Of a stretch of 64,000 nucleotides of DNA, positions 48,487 to 58,744 are shown in pieces (position 1 is the first letter of the stretch; the number at the start of each line of letters is the position of its first letter). The notes below the pieces were generated by a model that made no database searches, had not been told where the DNA came from, and worked only from the letters and a program-made list of their open reading frames with translations. The DNA comes from a candidate division FCPU426 bacterium. Its GTDB lineage: Bacteria > Oederibacteriota > Muellerivitia > Muellerivitales > Muellerivitaceae. The translations under genes and the position numbers were made by a program. The stretch covers positions 1 to 64,000 of the forward strand of contig CAVTWJ010000016.1 in assembly GCA_963738405.1 (NCBI GenBank), in the 5' to 3' direction.

Positions 48487-50031
48487 TTAACCGGCCTTGT
48501 TCGATTTGGTTCGCTTGACCATCGCCTCTACCAGGGCCGGAAGGGTATGGGGTTTGGCCTCGACCGCCACTTTGCCCCCCCACTTCTTCACGGTATCGCC
48601 CGTGATCGGCCCCACCACCGCAATTGAAACATCTTTCAGGACTTGTTTCCGTTGAACGGAAGTAAAGGCTCCGCAGAAATGATCCACCGTCGAGGAAGCG
48701 GCGAACACCAGCCAGTCCACCCCACCTCCCTTGAAAAACAAATTTTGAAGACTTTGTTTGGCTTGTTTCGGCACACGGGTTTCATAGAGGGACCAAAGGG
48801 TAACCTGGGCTTTTTGTTTTCTCAAGGCCTTCTCCAGTAAATCCCTTCCCTCCTTGGCCCTAGCGAAAAGAATCCGCTTCCCTTCCAGCTTCTGGCCTAT
48901 CTTGCCGAAAGATTGAACCAGCCCTTCCTGTTTGTAGTCTTTAGGAACCAGGTCCGCCTTGAGTCCGTACTTTTTCAGCGCCATGGCCGTGACCTCGCCC
49001 ACGCAGGCGATCTTGAGGCCGGAGAGGCTTCGCACATCCAATTTAGAAACCGTCAGGTGGGAAATTAAAATATCCACCGCATTAGCGCTGGAAAAGATAA
49101 ACCAATCGTAAGAGGAAAGGTTTTTGAGAATCTTTTTCCCCTCAGCTTTGAGGGGCAGGGCCGCGATTTCAATGGTAGGAATTTCAACCACTTCCCCGCC
49201 TTGGTCTTCCAACAATTGAGTGAGAAAACTGGCCTGCTCCCTGGATCGGGTTACGAGTATTTTCTGGCCCGAAAGGGCTTTATATTTCATCCAACTCAAG
49301 GGGTTCATCAGTTCCACCACCTTTCCCATCACGACCGTGCAGGGAGCCCTTAAGCTCCTTTTTTTGACCCCATCAACGATATCAATTAGTTTTCCAACAA
49401 CGGCCCGTTGGGATCCGGTGGTTCCCGATTGGATGACCGCTACCGGGGTCGAGGGGTCTTTGCCTTCGCCTATGAGCCTCTCACAGATTCCCGGCAAAGT
49501 ATGCAGACCCATAAGGAAAACCAGCGTACCTTCGGTTTGAGCCAAATGGGCCCAATCAATGCTCGTTTCAGCCTTGGCCGGGTCTTCATGGCCCGTCAGG
49601 ATAGTCAGCATCGAATTAAAGGCCCGGTGGGTCACCGGAATGCCCGCATAGGCGGGAACGGCAATGGCGGAGGATATCCCCGGCACCACTTCAAAGGGGA
49701 TTCCCTTTTCCACCAGGGCCAGGGCTTCTTCGGCTCCACGGCCAAACACAAAGGGGTCGCCGCCCTTGAGCCGGACGACGATTTTGCCCTGGAGGGCCTT
49801 ACGCACCAGAAGGTTGTTGATAGCTTTTTGGCTCAAGGCCCCCTTTTGGGAACGGTGCCCCCGGAATATTTTTTCGCAACTTGGGGGAATCAGGCTTAGG
49901 ATTCTTTGGGGTATCAATGCGTCGTAAATGACCACATCCGCTTTGGCTAGAACCTCCACAGCCCGAAGGGTTAAGAGGCCCGGATCGCCCGGACCGGCCC
50001 CGACGAGATAAACCCTGCCCATGGGGTTCAT
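48487..50031 (-). CDS. cobA: Uroporphyrinogen-III C-methyltransferase / synthase fusion (CobA-HemD)
   Basis: VYLVGAGPGDPGLLT, RLKGGDPFVFGRG, then HemD (ILVTRS, FSSANAV, CVGEVT). Confidence 0.95.
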   Translation of the reverse strand: MNPMGRVYLVGAGPGDPGLLTLRAVEVLAKADVVIYDALIPQRILSLIPPSCEKIFRGHRSQKGALSQKAINNLLVRKALQGKIVVRLKGGDPFVFGRGAEEALALVEKGIPFEVVPGISSAIAVPAYAGIPVTHRAFNSMLTILTGHEDPAKAETSIDWAHLAQTEGTLVFLMGLHTLPGICERLIGEGKDPSTPVAVIQSGTTGSQRAVVGKLIDIVDGVKKRSLRAPCTVVMGKVVELMNPLSWMKYKALSGQKILVTRSREQASFLTQLLEDQGGEVVEIPTIEIAALPLKAEGKKILKNLSSYDWFIFSSANAVDILISHLTVSKLDVRSLSGLKIACVGEVTAMALKKYGLKADLVPKDYKQEGLVQSFGKIGQKLEGKRILFARAKEGRDLLEKALRKQKAQVTLWSLYETRVPKQAKQSLQNLFFKGGGVDWLVFAASSTVDHFCGAFTSVQRKQVLKDVSIAVVGPITGDTVKKWGGKVAVEAKPHTLPALVEAMVKRTKSNKAG

Positions 50032-50961
50032 TTAGACCCGTCCATAATGGTCAAGAATTTCCTGTCCGCCGTTCTCAATGAAAAACTGGGCGAGACGCTC
50101 GCCCAAGGCCAGGGGGTTATCTTTCAAATCCCTCATGCTGTCTTTAATGATAATTTCACCGGTGGAATCGGCCACGACCCCCGTGAGACGGAGTACTTCC
50201 CCTTCCAAAATAGCCAGGGCGCCCACCGGCACCCGGCAGCCGCCCTGCAGGGCCTTAAGGAAAGATCTTTCGGCCATGGCGCAGATGCGGGTGGCGGGGT
50301 CATTCAAGGGGCGAAGCTTTTCCAGCATGTCATGGTCGTGGGAAAGCGCCGTGATGACCAGGATGCCCTGGGCCGGGGCGGGAACCATGACTTCGGGGTC
50401 TAAAAATTCGGTGATTTCCGCTTCCCTTCCCAATCGCTTCATGCCCGCGGCGGCCAAAAGGATGGCGTCCACCTCGCCCGCTTGAAGTTTTTTGATTCGA
50501 GAATCCACGTTGCCGCGGATAGGCACCACCGTTAGATCGGGACGGGCGGCCTTCAGCTGGGCTTCCCGGCGGGGCGAGCTGGTGCCCACCTTGGAACCGG
50601 CGGGCAGTTGGGCCAGCAGATGGCCCTCCCTTGAAATGAGAGCATCCCTGGGATCTTCCCGGGCGATGAGTGCGGCATAGACGATGCCGTGGGGCAAGGT
50701 CGTGGGCACATCCTTGAGGCTGTGGATGGCGGCCCGGATGGTGCCGTTGAGGAGTGCGTCATCTAATTCCCTCGTGAAAAGGCCGGGAGGAATGCCCGTC
50801 AAATCGGTAGGCGCCGGTTGCACGCCCCAAGCGTCGCCCTGAGTTTTAACTACCCGCAATTCCAATGGTTCATTAGGCAAAAGCTTGGCCATTTCGTTTA
50901 GCACCATGCCCGCTTGGGCTAGGGCCAGTTGGCTTCCGCGGGTGCCGATGATTAAAGGCAT
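50032..50961 (-). CDS. hemC: Hydroxymethylbilane synthase
   Basis: GTRGSQLALAQ, HSLKDVP, GTSSPRR, RGNVDSR, GGCRVP. Confidence 0.96.
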   Translation of the reverse strand: MPLIIGTRGSQLALAQAGMVLNEMAKLLPNEPLELRVVKTQGDAWGVQPAPTDLTGIPPGLFTRELDDALLNGTIRAAIHSLKDVPTTLPHGIVYAALIAREDPRDALISREGHLLAQLPAGSKVGTSSPRREAQLKAARPDLTVVPIRGNVDSRIKKLQAGEVDAILLAAAGMKRLGREAEITEFLDPEVMVPAPAQGILVITALSHDHDMLEKLRPLNDPATRICAMAERSFLKALQGGCRVPVGALAILEGEVLRLTGVVADSTGEIIIKDSMRDLKDNPLALGERLAQFFIENGGQEILDHYGRV

Positions 50962-50988
50962 GGAACGCCTAAGGGGAGGCTGTTGAAT

Positions 50989-52263
50989 TTAAGCATCGGG
51001 ATGTTCCTCAAAAAGGCTGAAGATTTCACTCAACATGCGGGCATACTCAAACCGGTCCGTTTCCTGGGTGATGGTTTTTAAATTGACCGAAGGTTCGTGT
51101 AGAAGCTTCCCCACCAGGTCATGGGTGAGCTTTTCCACCGCCCTGCGTTCTTTTTCGCCAAGGGACGGGTTCTTTTTGAAAAACTCGTCCAGTTCCCTCT
51201 TACGGGCCGTTTCGTATTTATTCCTCAACCTTACCACCGTAGGCACCAGTTCCAGGGTGTTGAGCCAGGAACAAAGTTTTTCCACTTCCTCTTTTAGAAT
51301 CGCTTCGGCGTTTTGGGAGGCCTTTTGGCGCTCATCCCGGTTGCGGTTGGCCAATTGGGAAAGGTCGTCGATGTTATAGAGATAGAGGGAGTTGATTCCC
51401 GAGGCCGATTCCTCCACGTTGCGGGGTACCCCTGTATCAATGATGAAGAGGGGGTTGCCCTGCCTTTGTCTCATCGCCTCCTCCAACCTTTCGCGGGTCA
51501 GGAGGGGCTGCGGCCCGGCCACAGAAGTGAGGATAATATCGACCTGGGATAATTGGGAGAGGGCATCCTCCAAGGGCAGGGCCTTGCCGCCCAGGGAGGC
51601 GGCCAGGGTTTTCGCCTTTTCCAGTGTTCGGTTGGCCAGGCGGAAACCCCTGACCCCCGCGTCGAACAGGTATTTGGCGGTTAGCTCGCTCATTTCCCCG
51701 GCGCCGATTAAGAGAACCTGCCTTTGGGCGAGCGGGCTGAAGATTTTCCCCGCCAAATCCACCGCCACCGAGGAAACATTGGTGGGCATGCGCGCGATTT
51801 CAGTTTGGGTGCGCACCCTTTTGGCGGCGGAAAAGGCCCGGTGGAAAATGCCGTTCAAGGTGGAACCGAGGGTGCCATTGGATGCCGCGGTTTCATAAGC
51901 TTCCTTGACCTGGCCTAAGATCTGGGCTTCCCCCAGCACCATCGAATCAAGCGAGCTGGCGACCCGAAATAAGTGCAGGAAGGCCTCGGGCCCCTCGTAA
52001 TGGTAAAAGTACCGGGAAATTTCCTTGGGACGAAGCCGGTGGTGTTTGAACAAACTCCGGTGCACCGTTTCCAGGGCTTCTTTCTCCCGGTCGGTGGCGA
52101 AGTAAAACTCCACCCGGTTGCAGGTGGAAAGAAAAACCGCCTGGGGAGCCGATTCTTTCAAACCTTGGAGTGTTTCCCCCACCTGCTCAGGGGTCAGGGC
52201 GTATTTTTCCCGGACCGATACGGGAGCGGTGCGGTGATTGAGCCCGTAGGCGATGAATTTCAT
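50989..52263 (-). CDS. hemA: Glutamyl-tRNA reductase
   Basis: LSTCNRVE, LDSMVLGEAQILGQVK, IGAGEM, PRNV. Confidence 0.96.
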   Translation of the reverse strand: MKFIAYGLNHRTAPVSVREKYALTPEQVGETLQGLKESAPQAVFLSTCNRVEFYFATDREKEALETVHRSLFKHHRLRPKEISRYFYHYEGPEAFLHLFRVASSLDSMVLGEAQILGQVKEAYETAASNGTLGSTLNGIFHRAFSAAKRVRTQTEIARMPTNVSSVAVDLAGKIFSPLAQRQVLLIGAGEMSELTAKYLFDAGVRGFRLANRTLEKAKTLAASLGGKALPLEDALSQLSQVDIILTSVAGPQPLLTRERLEEAMRQRQGNPLFIIDTGVPRNVEESASGINSLYLYNIDDLSQLANRNRDERQKASQNAEAILKEEVEKLCSWLNTLELVPTVVRLRNKYETARKRELDEFFKKNPSLGEKERRAVEKLTHDLVGKLLHEPSVNLKTITQETDRFEYARMLSEIFSLFEEHPDA

Positions 52264-53093
52264 GGAACGGCTTTCCAGAACAGATGCTGGGTCTGGAGAA
52301 AAACCTGGACCCCCACAAAGGTAAAGAGGGCCAAAAAGTAGCCTGCCATCACCAGCGCCATGGTCTTACGGCCCCTGATCTTGAAACCCCATCGAGCCAA
52401 AAAGAAACCCGCGTAAATCAAGAGCACCAAAAAGGCCCCCAAAATCTTGGGGTCGCCTATGGGAAGGCGGTTCCAGACCAAAAAAGCCTGGTAGGTTCCA
52501 AGGACGAGGCCGATGAGCCAAAAGAGAAATCCCCAACCGATGTAAAAAACCGTCAGGCGGTCCAAAAGCTCCAGCGGCGGAAGACGAAAACTCCAGGGCT
52601 TCATTTGGTGGCGTTTCAGCTGGCCTTCCTGGATCCAAAAGGCCACCCCCACCCCAAAGCCCAGCGTGAAACAGGCGAACCCCAAGAAGATCGAAAAGAT
52701 GTGGCAGGCCATCCAGAGGGTCATGAGGGATGGGTTGGGAAAAACCGAATCCTTGAAACTCAAAGCGAATCCCATCAAGGCCAAAAAAAACACCAGGGGC
52801 AGAAAAAGCGAAGTCAGGAGGGGGACGGGAGCACGGAGCCTGCCCATCCAAAGCGCGATCCCTAAGCAATAGGTGATGACCAAAAGAATCCCACTCAGGG
52901 TCAAAAGGGGCGGATAACCCGTTTCCACCCATTGAATCAGTATCATGGCGGATTGGACGGCGAGGGCCCCGCCCAGCCAGGAACCCGCTTTCCCATCCTG
53001 GGCCTCATCCATCGAAAGGTAATACCGCATGGAAAACCAGGCCGCCAGGCCCAGCAGGATGACGCTAACCGCAGAGAACAGTTGGACGGCCAT
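52260..53093 (-). CDS. ccsA: CcsA/HemX-family cytochrome c biogenesis membrane protein
   Basis: Eight TM segments, conserved His (ACHI), LPPLELLDRL, DPK; translationally coupled to hemA. Confidence 0.82.
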   Translation of the reverse strand: MAVQLFSAVSVILLGLAAWFSMRYYLSMDEAQDGKAGSWLGGALAVQSAMILIQWVETGYPPLLTLSGILLVITYCLGIALWMGRLRAPVPLLTSLFLPLVFFLALMGFALSFKDSVFPNPSLMTLWMACHIFSIFLGFACFTLGFGVGVAFWIQEGQLKRHQMKPWSFRLPPLELLDRLTVFYIGWGFLFWLIGLVLGTYQAFLVWNRLPIGDPKILGAFLVLLIYAGFFLARWGFKIRGRKTMALVMAGYFLALFTFVGVQVFLQTQHLFWKAVP

Positions 53094-53182
53094 TTTGCCC
53101 TTCCTTTTGCCGGTCTTCGTTGTGAGAAAGCTATTTTCGACTTACGGGTAGGCCTTTGCAACTCAAGACCCTTTTCCGCAAT

Positions 53183-53214
53183 AAAAAAACCCCGGTCCTT
53201 ACGGCCGGGGTTTC
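53183..53214 (-). terminator. nuo operon intrinsic terminator
   Basis: AAACCCCGG-CCGTAAGGA-CCGGGGTTTTTTT. Confidence 0.85.
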
Positions 53215-53234
53215 GGAATGGGAAGTTTTAACTT

Positions 53235-54704
53235 TTAAAAGATGCTGGAGGCGGCCGCTTCGGCGAGTTTCATGATGGGGGCTGGCCAAAAGCCCAAAAC
53301 CACCGTCACGATGATGCATAGAAGGAGAACGGCCTTTTCGAGCACATTGACGGGAATGGGGGATGGGTCCGCTGCGTCCGAAACCAAAGCCGTCTTAGCC
53401 ACCATGAGGTAATAGTAAAGAGACACCACGCTGAAAACCATGCCGACTAAGGCCAGCCAGGTATAGCCCTGGTGGATGGCAGCGCCGAAGAGGTACCACT
53501 TCCCCGAGAAGCCGGCAAAGGGCGGCACACCCGCCAGGGAAAGCAGGCCCACTAAAAGCATCACGCCGATAATCGGCGATCTTTTCCAAAGACCCGCGAA
53601 ATCGGCGGTGTTCTCGCTTCCCGTCTTGGCGGAAACCAGGCTGATGGAAAGGAAAACCCCCATGTTGGCGAAGAGGTAAACAAAAAGGTAAAAGAGAACG
53701 GCCGTCAGGCCCAGTTGCCCCCCCGCCAGGAACCCGGTGGAAATGTAACCCGCTTGGGCGATGGAGGAATAGGCCATGAGGCGTTTCAAATTGGTTTGGG
53801 GCAGGGCTTCCAAGTTGCCGAGAACGATGCTGGCAGCCGCAAGAACCGCGAAGAGGCCGACCCAAACCGGTTGGAGCGAAGGCACCGCCAGCCCCACCCA
53901 AAAGAGCCGGACGAAGGCGGCAAACCCGGCCGTCTTGGAAGCCGTTGAAAGAAATGCCGTAATGGGCGTGGGGGCTCCCTCATAGACATCCGGCGTCCAC
54001 ATGTGGAAAGGCGCCAGGGAAATTTTGAAGGACAACCCAGCGATCACCAAAATCACGGCCAAGACCCCGAGGGGTGAAACCGGTTGGAGAGCCAAGGCCT
54101 TCGCGATGCCCGCCAAGGTGGTGGTTCCGGCGAGTCCGTAGAGATAGGAAAATCCAAACAACAAAAGGGCGGATGAGAAGGCCCCAATGAGCAGATACTT
54201 CATTCCGGCTTCGTTGCTCTTGGTGTCCTTTTTCATGAAAGAGGCCAAAAGATAACTGCTGATGGTGAGGGTTTCCAGGGCGATATAAAGAGTCACCACT
54301 TCCTGGGCGGAAGACAAGGCGGAAGCGCCGGCGGCGGAAAAAAGCAGAATGGACAAAAATTCCGCCGGGTAGGGCGTGGGCTGGGCCTTGAAATGCCGGT
54401 GGGTGATCACCAAAGTCAGCAGGGTCGCCAGCAACACCACCATTTTGAAAAAAACGGCAAGGGCATCCAATTTGAGGAAGCCGTTGAAGGTTTCACTCGG
54501 AAAAAGGCCGAGCGAGCAAGCCCCCGAGCAGCAGAGGCTGCCGAGGCAAGGGAGTGTGACCAGCGCCCCCAGGATGCCGAGTGCGGCCACCCAGCTCAAT
54601 ACAACGCGATCTGTTTCTTTTTTCATAACCAAATCGAAAAGAAGGATCAGCACCGCGGTGGATACCAGCCAAATTTCCGGAAGAAAAACGGAGTATTGGA
54701 TCAC
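53235..54704 (-). CDS. nuoN: NADH-quinone oxidoreductase subunit N
   Basis: EAGMKY, FKISLAPFHMWTPDVYEGAP, KRLMAYSSI. Confidence 0.95.
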   Translation of the reverse strand: MIQYSVFLPEIWLVSTAVLILLFDLVMKKETDRVVLSWVAALGILGALVTLPCLGSLCCSGACSLGLFPSETFNGFLKLDALAVFFKMVVLLATLLTLVITHRHFKAQPTPYPAEFLSILLFSAAGASALSSAQEVVTLYIALETLTISSYLLASFMKKDTKSNEAGMKYLLIGAFSSALLLFGFSYLYGLAGTTTLAGIAKALALQPVSPLGVLAVILVIAGLSFKISLAPFHMWTPDVYEGAPTPITAFLSTASKTAGFAAFVRLFWVGLAVPSLQPVWVGLFAVLAAASIVLGNLEALPQTNLKRLMAYSSIAQAGYISTGFLAGGQLGLTAVLFYLFVYLFANMGVFLSISLVSAKTGSENTADFAGLWKRSPIIGVMLLVGLLSLAGVPPFAGFSGKWYLFGAAIHQGYTWLALVGMVFSVVSLYYYLMVAKTALVSDAADPSPIPVNVLEKAVLLLCIIVTVVLGFWPAPIMKLAEAAASSIF

Positions 54705-56266
54705 TTGAAGCCTCCGATCAAATCCACCAGCGGAGCGATGGCGCTATTGGAAAGATCCACGAAAGGTTTGGGGTAAAGCCCGACCGCGAGGGACACGATG
54801 AGGAGGAAGGCGATGGGAAGAATTTCAATGAATCCCCCGTCTTGGGCGCCCTCCAGCATGTGCGGGTCTTTGACGGGGCCGTAAAACACCATTTGAACCA
54901 GGCGCAGGTAGTAAACCGCCGTCATGACGATGGAAAGAATCGCGATCGGAAAGATGATTTGGAAAATACTGAACCCGCTCTTGAAGGCCCCCATGAAGAT
55001 CAGGAATTCGCCCACGAAGCCGCTGAGGCCCGGCAAGCCCACATTGGCCATGGCCGCTGCCACAAAAAGTCCGCCCAGGATGGGCATGACCTTCGCCAGA
55101 CCGCCTAACTTGGCCAGTTCCCTCGTATGGGCCTTGCCATAGACCGTTCCCACCAAGGCGAAGGTCATGGCCGCCACGATGCCGTGCGACAAGGTTTGAA
55201 TGACCGCCCCATTCAAACCCGCCACCTGCAGAGTGCAAATGCCAAAGAGGATGGCCCCGCAATGGGAGACGGAAGAATAGGCGATGACATATTTGAAGTC
55301 TTTCTGTTTCAGCGCCACGAAGGCCGCGTAAAGGATGTTAATCAGGGTTAAGACCACCAGGAATGGAAGCCAGTATTTGGCCCCATCCGGAAAGGCGGGC
55401 AGGGCCACCCGGATGATGCTGTAGCCGCCCAGGCTCTTCAAGACCCCGGCATGGAGCATCGACGCCGCGGTAGGGGCGGAACCATATCCATCAGGCGACC
55501 AGGTATGGAAAGGGAAAACAGCCGCGATGACCCCAAAGCCCAGGAACAACAGCGGAAACCAGAATTTCTGAAATTCGGGGGTGAAGCCCGTTTGCGAGAG
55601 GTGACCTAAGATACGGATGTCGAAGGTGTGGACGCTGGAAGTGAAATACATGGCAAGGAAACCCACCAGCATGAAGGCCGAACCAGCGAGGAGCATAACC
55701 GTCAGCTTCATGGCCGCGTATTCCTTGCGCCCCGAACCCCAAATGCCCACCAAAAGATACATGGGAAGCACCGCGAACTCGTAAAAGAGGAAAAAGAAGA
55801 AGAGATCGAGGCTGACATAGGCCCCGGCGACCCCGCCGACCAAGAGGGAAAAGAGCACATAATATTCACGCGTGCGCAGGGTGATATTCCAGGAAATCAG
55901 CGTGCCGGCGAAATAAACGCAGGCCACCAGGAAAACCATGAGGGTGCTCATGCCGTCCACGCCCAGGAGATAGTTAATCCCTAAGTTGGAAAGCCAGGGC
56001 ACCTTCTCGACGAATTGGAACCCGCCCTCAGCCACCGAAAAGGACGTCAACACATAGAAGGCAAGACCCAGTTCCAAGGAGGCGGCAATGAGGCTGATCC
56101 ACCGGATCATCTTTTCGCCCGCGACCAAAATGGCCAGCGCGGCCAGGTTGGGGATCAGGATAAAGGATGTCAAAATCGGGAGGCAGGCGCAACCCGGGCC
56201 CGCACTATGAAAAACAAAATAAGAGGCCAGGAAAGGCAGGATGATAGCGGTTAGAACTGGAAGCAT
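54701..56266 (-). CDS. nuoM: NADH-quinone oxidoreductase subunit M
   Basis: LGVDGMS, FYEFAVLPMY, PFHTWSPD, IAYSSVSH, GLPGLSGFVGE. Confidence 0.95.
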   Translation of the reverse strand: MLPVLTAIILPFLASYFVFHSAGPGCACLPILTSFILIPNLAALAILVAGEKMIRWISLIAASLELGLAFYVLTSFSVAEGGFQFVEKVPWLSNLGINYLLGVDGMSTLMVFLVACVYFAGTLISWNITLRTREYYVLFSLLVGGVAGAYVSLDLFFFFLFYEFAVLPMYLLVGIWGSGRKEYAAMKLTVMLLAGSAFMLVGFLAMYFTSSVHTFDIRILGHLSQTGFTPEFQKFWFPLLFLGFGVIAAVFPFHTWSPDGYGSAPTAASMLHAGVLKSLGGYSIIRVALPAFPDGAKYWLPFLVVLTLINILYAAFVALKQKDFKYVIAYSSVSHCGAILFGICTLQVAGLNGAVIQTLSHGIVAAMTFALVGTVYGKAHTRELAKLGGLAKVMPILGGLFVAAAMANVGLPGLSGFVGEFLIFMGAFKSGFSIFQIIFPIAILSIVMTAVYYLRLVQMVFYGPVKDPHMLEGAQDGGFIEILPIAFLLIVSLAVGLYPKPFVDLSNSAIAPLVDLIGGFK

Positions 56267-56378
56267 TCGATTAGATCCTCCGGACTATTTTCAAAAACAT
56301 TCAAGGCAACCCCACGATTCCTGCGGAATCTTTGGGATAGCAGGCTGATTTGCAGCCTATTTCATTTTTTGCAGCCTG

Positions 56379-58262
56379 CTAGAAACTAACGATTAGAAAA
56401 AGAACCGCGACAGCGCCAAATATAACGAGTGCGTAGTTCTGAACATAGCCGGTTTGGGTGAGGCGGAAAAAGCCGCCCATCTTGCGGGCCGTCCAACCGG
56501 CGCCGTCCACCATGCCGTCATCGATCACGTTGTCGTCGAACCAAGTAAAGACGGTAGCCATTCCAAAGACCACCTTCTGGACCATCCAACCGTAAAATTC
56601 GTCGACATAATATTTGTTTTTCAAGAGTAAATAGATGGGACGGAAGGTTTGCGCCACCTTGTCGGCCGAGAAAATCTTCCAGTAATAAAAACAGGCCGCC
56701 AGGGCAATCCCTAAAAGGGATATACCGACTGAAACCCAGCCCATCGTCCAGTCGAATTCGTGGGGCTGATAGTCGCCGTAATGCAGGAACTTGGAATAGC
56801 CGTCAAAACCCGGCCAGTTGAGCCAACCCACACAAACGGAAAGGACGGCCAGAACCATAAGGGGGCCCGTCATGGAAAGAGGTGATTCGTGGGCATGGTC
56901 ATGGGCGTGAGGATCGCGAGGCTCCCCGGTAAAGACCACGAAGAAGAGGCGAAACATGTAGAAGGCGGTCAGGAAGGCCGTGAAGACGGCGGCGGCGTAA
57001 AGGATCTCATGGCCCGGAACCGAGCTTTCCCTCACGGCGTCAAGGATGGCGTCCTTGGAGAAAAAGCCCGCCAGGGGAAATATCCCCGCGATCGCAAGGG
57101 TCGCGACCGCGAAGGTCACGGCGGTAATTTTCATTTTTTTGGCTAAGCCGCCCATTTTCCAGATGTCCTGGTTATGCAGCCCGTGAATAACGCTTCCCGC
57201 GCCCAGGAATAGCAGGGCCTTGAAGCAGGCATGGGTAGTCAAATGGAACATGCCTTGGGTATAACCGCCCACACCCAGAGCCAAAATCATGTAGCCCAGT
57301 TGGGAAAGGGTGGAATAGGCCAGGATGCGTTTGATGTCGTCCTGAGCCAGGGCGATGGTAGCCGCGAAGATGGCGGTAAAACCCCCGGTCCAGGCCACGG
57401 CGGTCATGGCGGTTGGATCAGCGGAAAACAATAGATAGGTGCGCGCCACCATGAAAACACCGGCCGCCACCATGGTAGCGGCGTGAATGAGGGCCGAGAC
57501 CGGGGTGGGGCCTTCCATAGCGTCGGGAAGCCACACATGAAGCGGAAACTGGGCGCTCTTGCCTACCGCTCCGCCAAAAAGCAAAAGGGCGATACCCGCG
57601 ATATAAAGCGATGGAATGGTGTGTTTGGCCAATCCGTCAGCTACAAGGATTTGAACCTGGGCGAAATCGAAAGTCTTGAAAACCATTCCGATGGTAATGA
57701 CCCCCATGAGAAAGGCCATATCCCCAACCCGGTTGACAATGAAAGCCTTTTTGCAGGCGTCCGCGGCCTCGGGCTTGTGAAACCAGAACCCGATTAAAAG
57801 ATAAGAACAAAGCCCCACCAATTCCCAGCCCACGAAGAGCTGAAGGAAACTGGTGGAAAGCACCAAGATCAGCATGGAAGCGGTGAAAAGAGAAAGATAG
57901 GAGTAATAGGGGGCAAATCCTTCATCGTCATGCATGTAGCCAAGCGAGTAGATTTGAACCAACAGCGAAACCAAGGTGACCACCACCAGCATGTTGGCGC
58001 CAAGAGGGTCAATCAAGACCCCGAACTGGGCGGATAGGGGGGGAAGGTCCAGCCAGGTAAAGCTGAGTGAAATGGATCGGGACGCTGGGTCCAGCCCTAA
58101 AAGTTCTGCCAGGATGCCCAGCGACAAAATCAGGCAGACCGCCATGGAGAAAATAGAGATCGTTGCGGATAGCTGGCGCGACTTGCGCGTGAACAGGGTA
58201 ATGACCGCGTAGGAAAGGGCCGGCAAAGCCGGAATCAGCCAGGCGAACCGAATCATGACCAC
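56379..58262 (-). CDS. nuoL: NADH-quinone oxidoreductase subunit L
   Basis: GWELVGLCSYLLIGFW, KSAQFPLHVWLPDAMEGPTPVSALIHAATMV. Confidence 0.97.
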   Translation of the reverse strand: MVMIRFAWLIPALPALSYAVITLFTRKSRQLSATISIFSMAVCLILSLGILAELLGLDPASRSISLSFTWLDLPPLSAQFGVLIDPLGANMLVVVTLVSLLVQIYSLGYMHDDEGFAPYYSYLSLFTASMLILVLSTSFLQLFVGWELVGLCSYLLIGFWFHKPEAADACKKAFIVNRVGDMAFLMGVITIGMVFKTFDFAQVQILVADGLAKHTIPSLYIAGIALLLFGGAVGKSAQFPLHVWLPDAMEGPTPVSALIHAATMVAAGVFMVARTYLLFSADPTAMTAVAWTGGFTAIFAATIALAQDDIKRILAYSTLSQLGYMILALGVGGYTQGMFHLTTHACFKALLFLGAGSVIHGLHNQDIWKMGGLAKKMKITAVTFAVATLAIAGIFPLAGFFSKDAILDAVRESSVPGHEILYAAAVFTAFLTAFYMFRLFFVVFTGEPRDPHAHDHAHESPLSMTGPLMVLAVLSVCVGWLNWPGFDGYSKFLHYGDYQPHEFDWTMGWVSVGISLLGIALAACFYYWKIFSADKVAQTFRPIYLLLKNKYYVDEFYGWMVQKVVFGMATVFTWFDDNVIDDGMVDGAGWTARKMGGFFRLTQTGYVQNYALVIFGAVAVLFLIVSF

Positions 58263-58344
58263 CTCACTAAGATTAATACTTTAAGCATAAACACACAAAA
58301 AGATCTGCCCCAAAACCGAATGACTCCCTGCCGTTCGACGGGAA

Positions 58345-58659
58345 TCAGCCTCTCAGGGTATGGATTTCGTCGACATTGACGTTGCGCCATTGACGGTAAA
58401 TGGAAATCACAATGGCCAGCGCCACCGCGGCTTCCGCCGCGGCGATGGTGATAACAAATACAACGAAAACCTGGCCCGGCAGCGAGGCCGAACCCCAGTA
58501 TTTTCCGAAGGCCAGGAAATTGATATTGACCGCATTGAGCATCAATTCAACGCCCATCAAAACCGATAGGGCGTTCTTTCGGGTTAATACCCCAACAAGA
58601 CCAATGGTGAAGAGGATCGCGGCAAGATAAAGAAAATGAACGACGGGTACGGAATTCAT
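58345..58659 (-). CDS. nuoK: NADH-quinone oxidoreductase subunit K
   Basis: VELMLNAVN, AAAEAAVALA; AAGGA RBS. Confidence 0.95.
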   Translation of the reverse strand: MNSVPVVHFLYLAAILFTIGLVGVLTRKNALSVLMGVELMLNAVNINFLAFGKYWGSASLPGQVFVVFVITIAAAEAAVALAIVISIYRQWRNVNVDEIHTLRG

Positions 58660-58744
58660 GCCGACCGTCCTTTCAAGAAAAAAGAACAAAGGGGACGGCA
58701 TAGAGCCGAACCCTTTTTCATGATTTTCACTGAGGAGTATTGGC

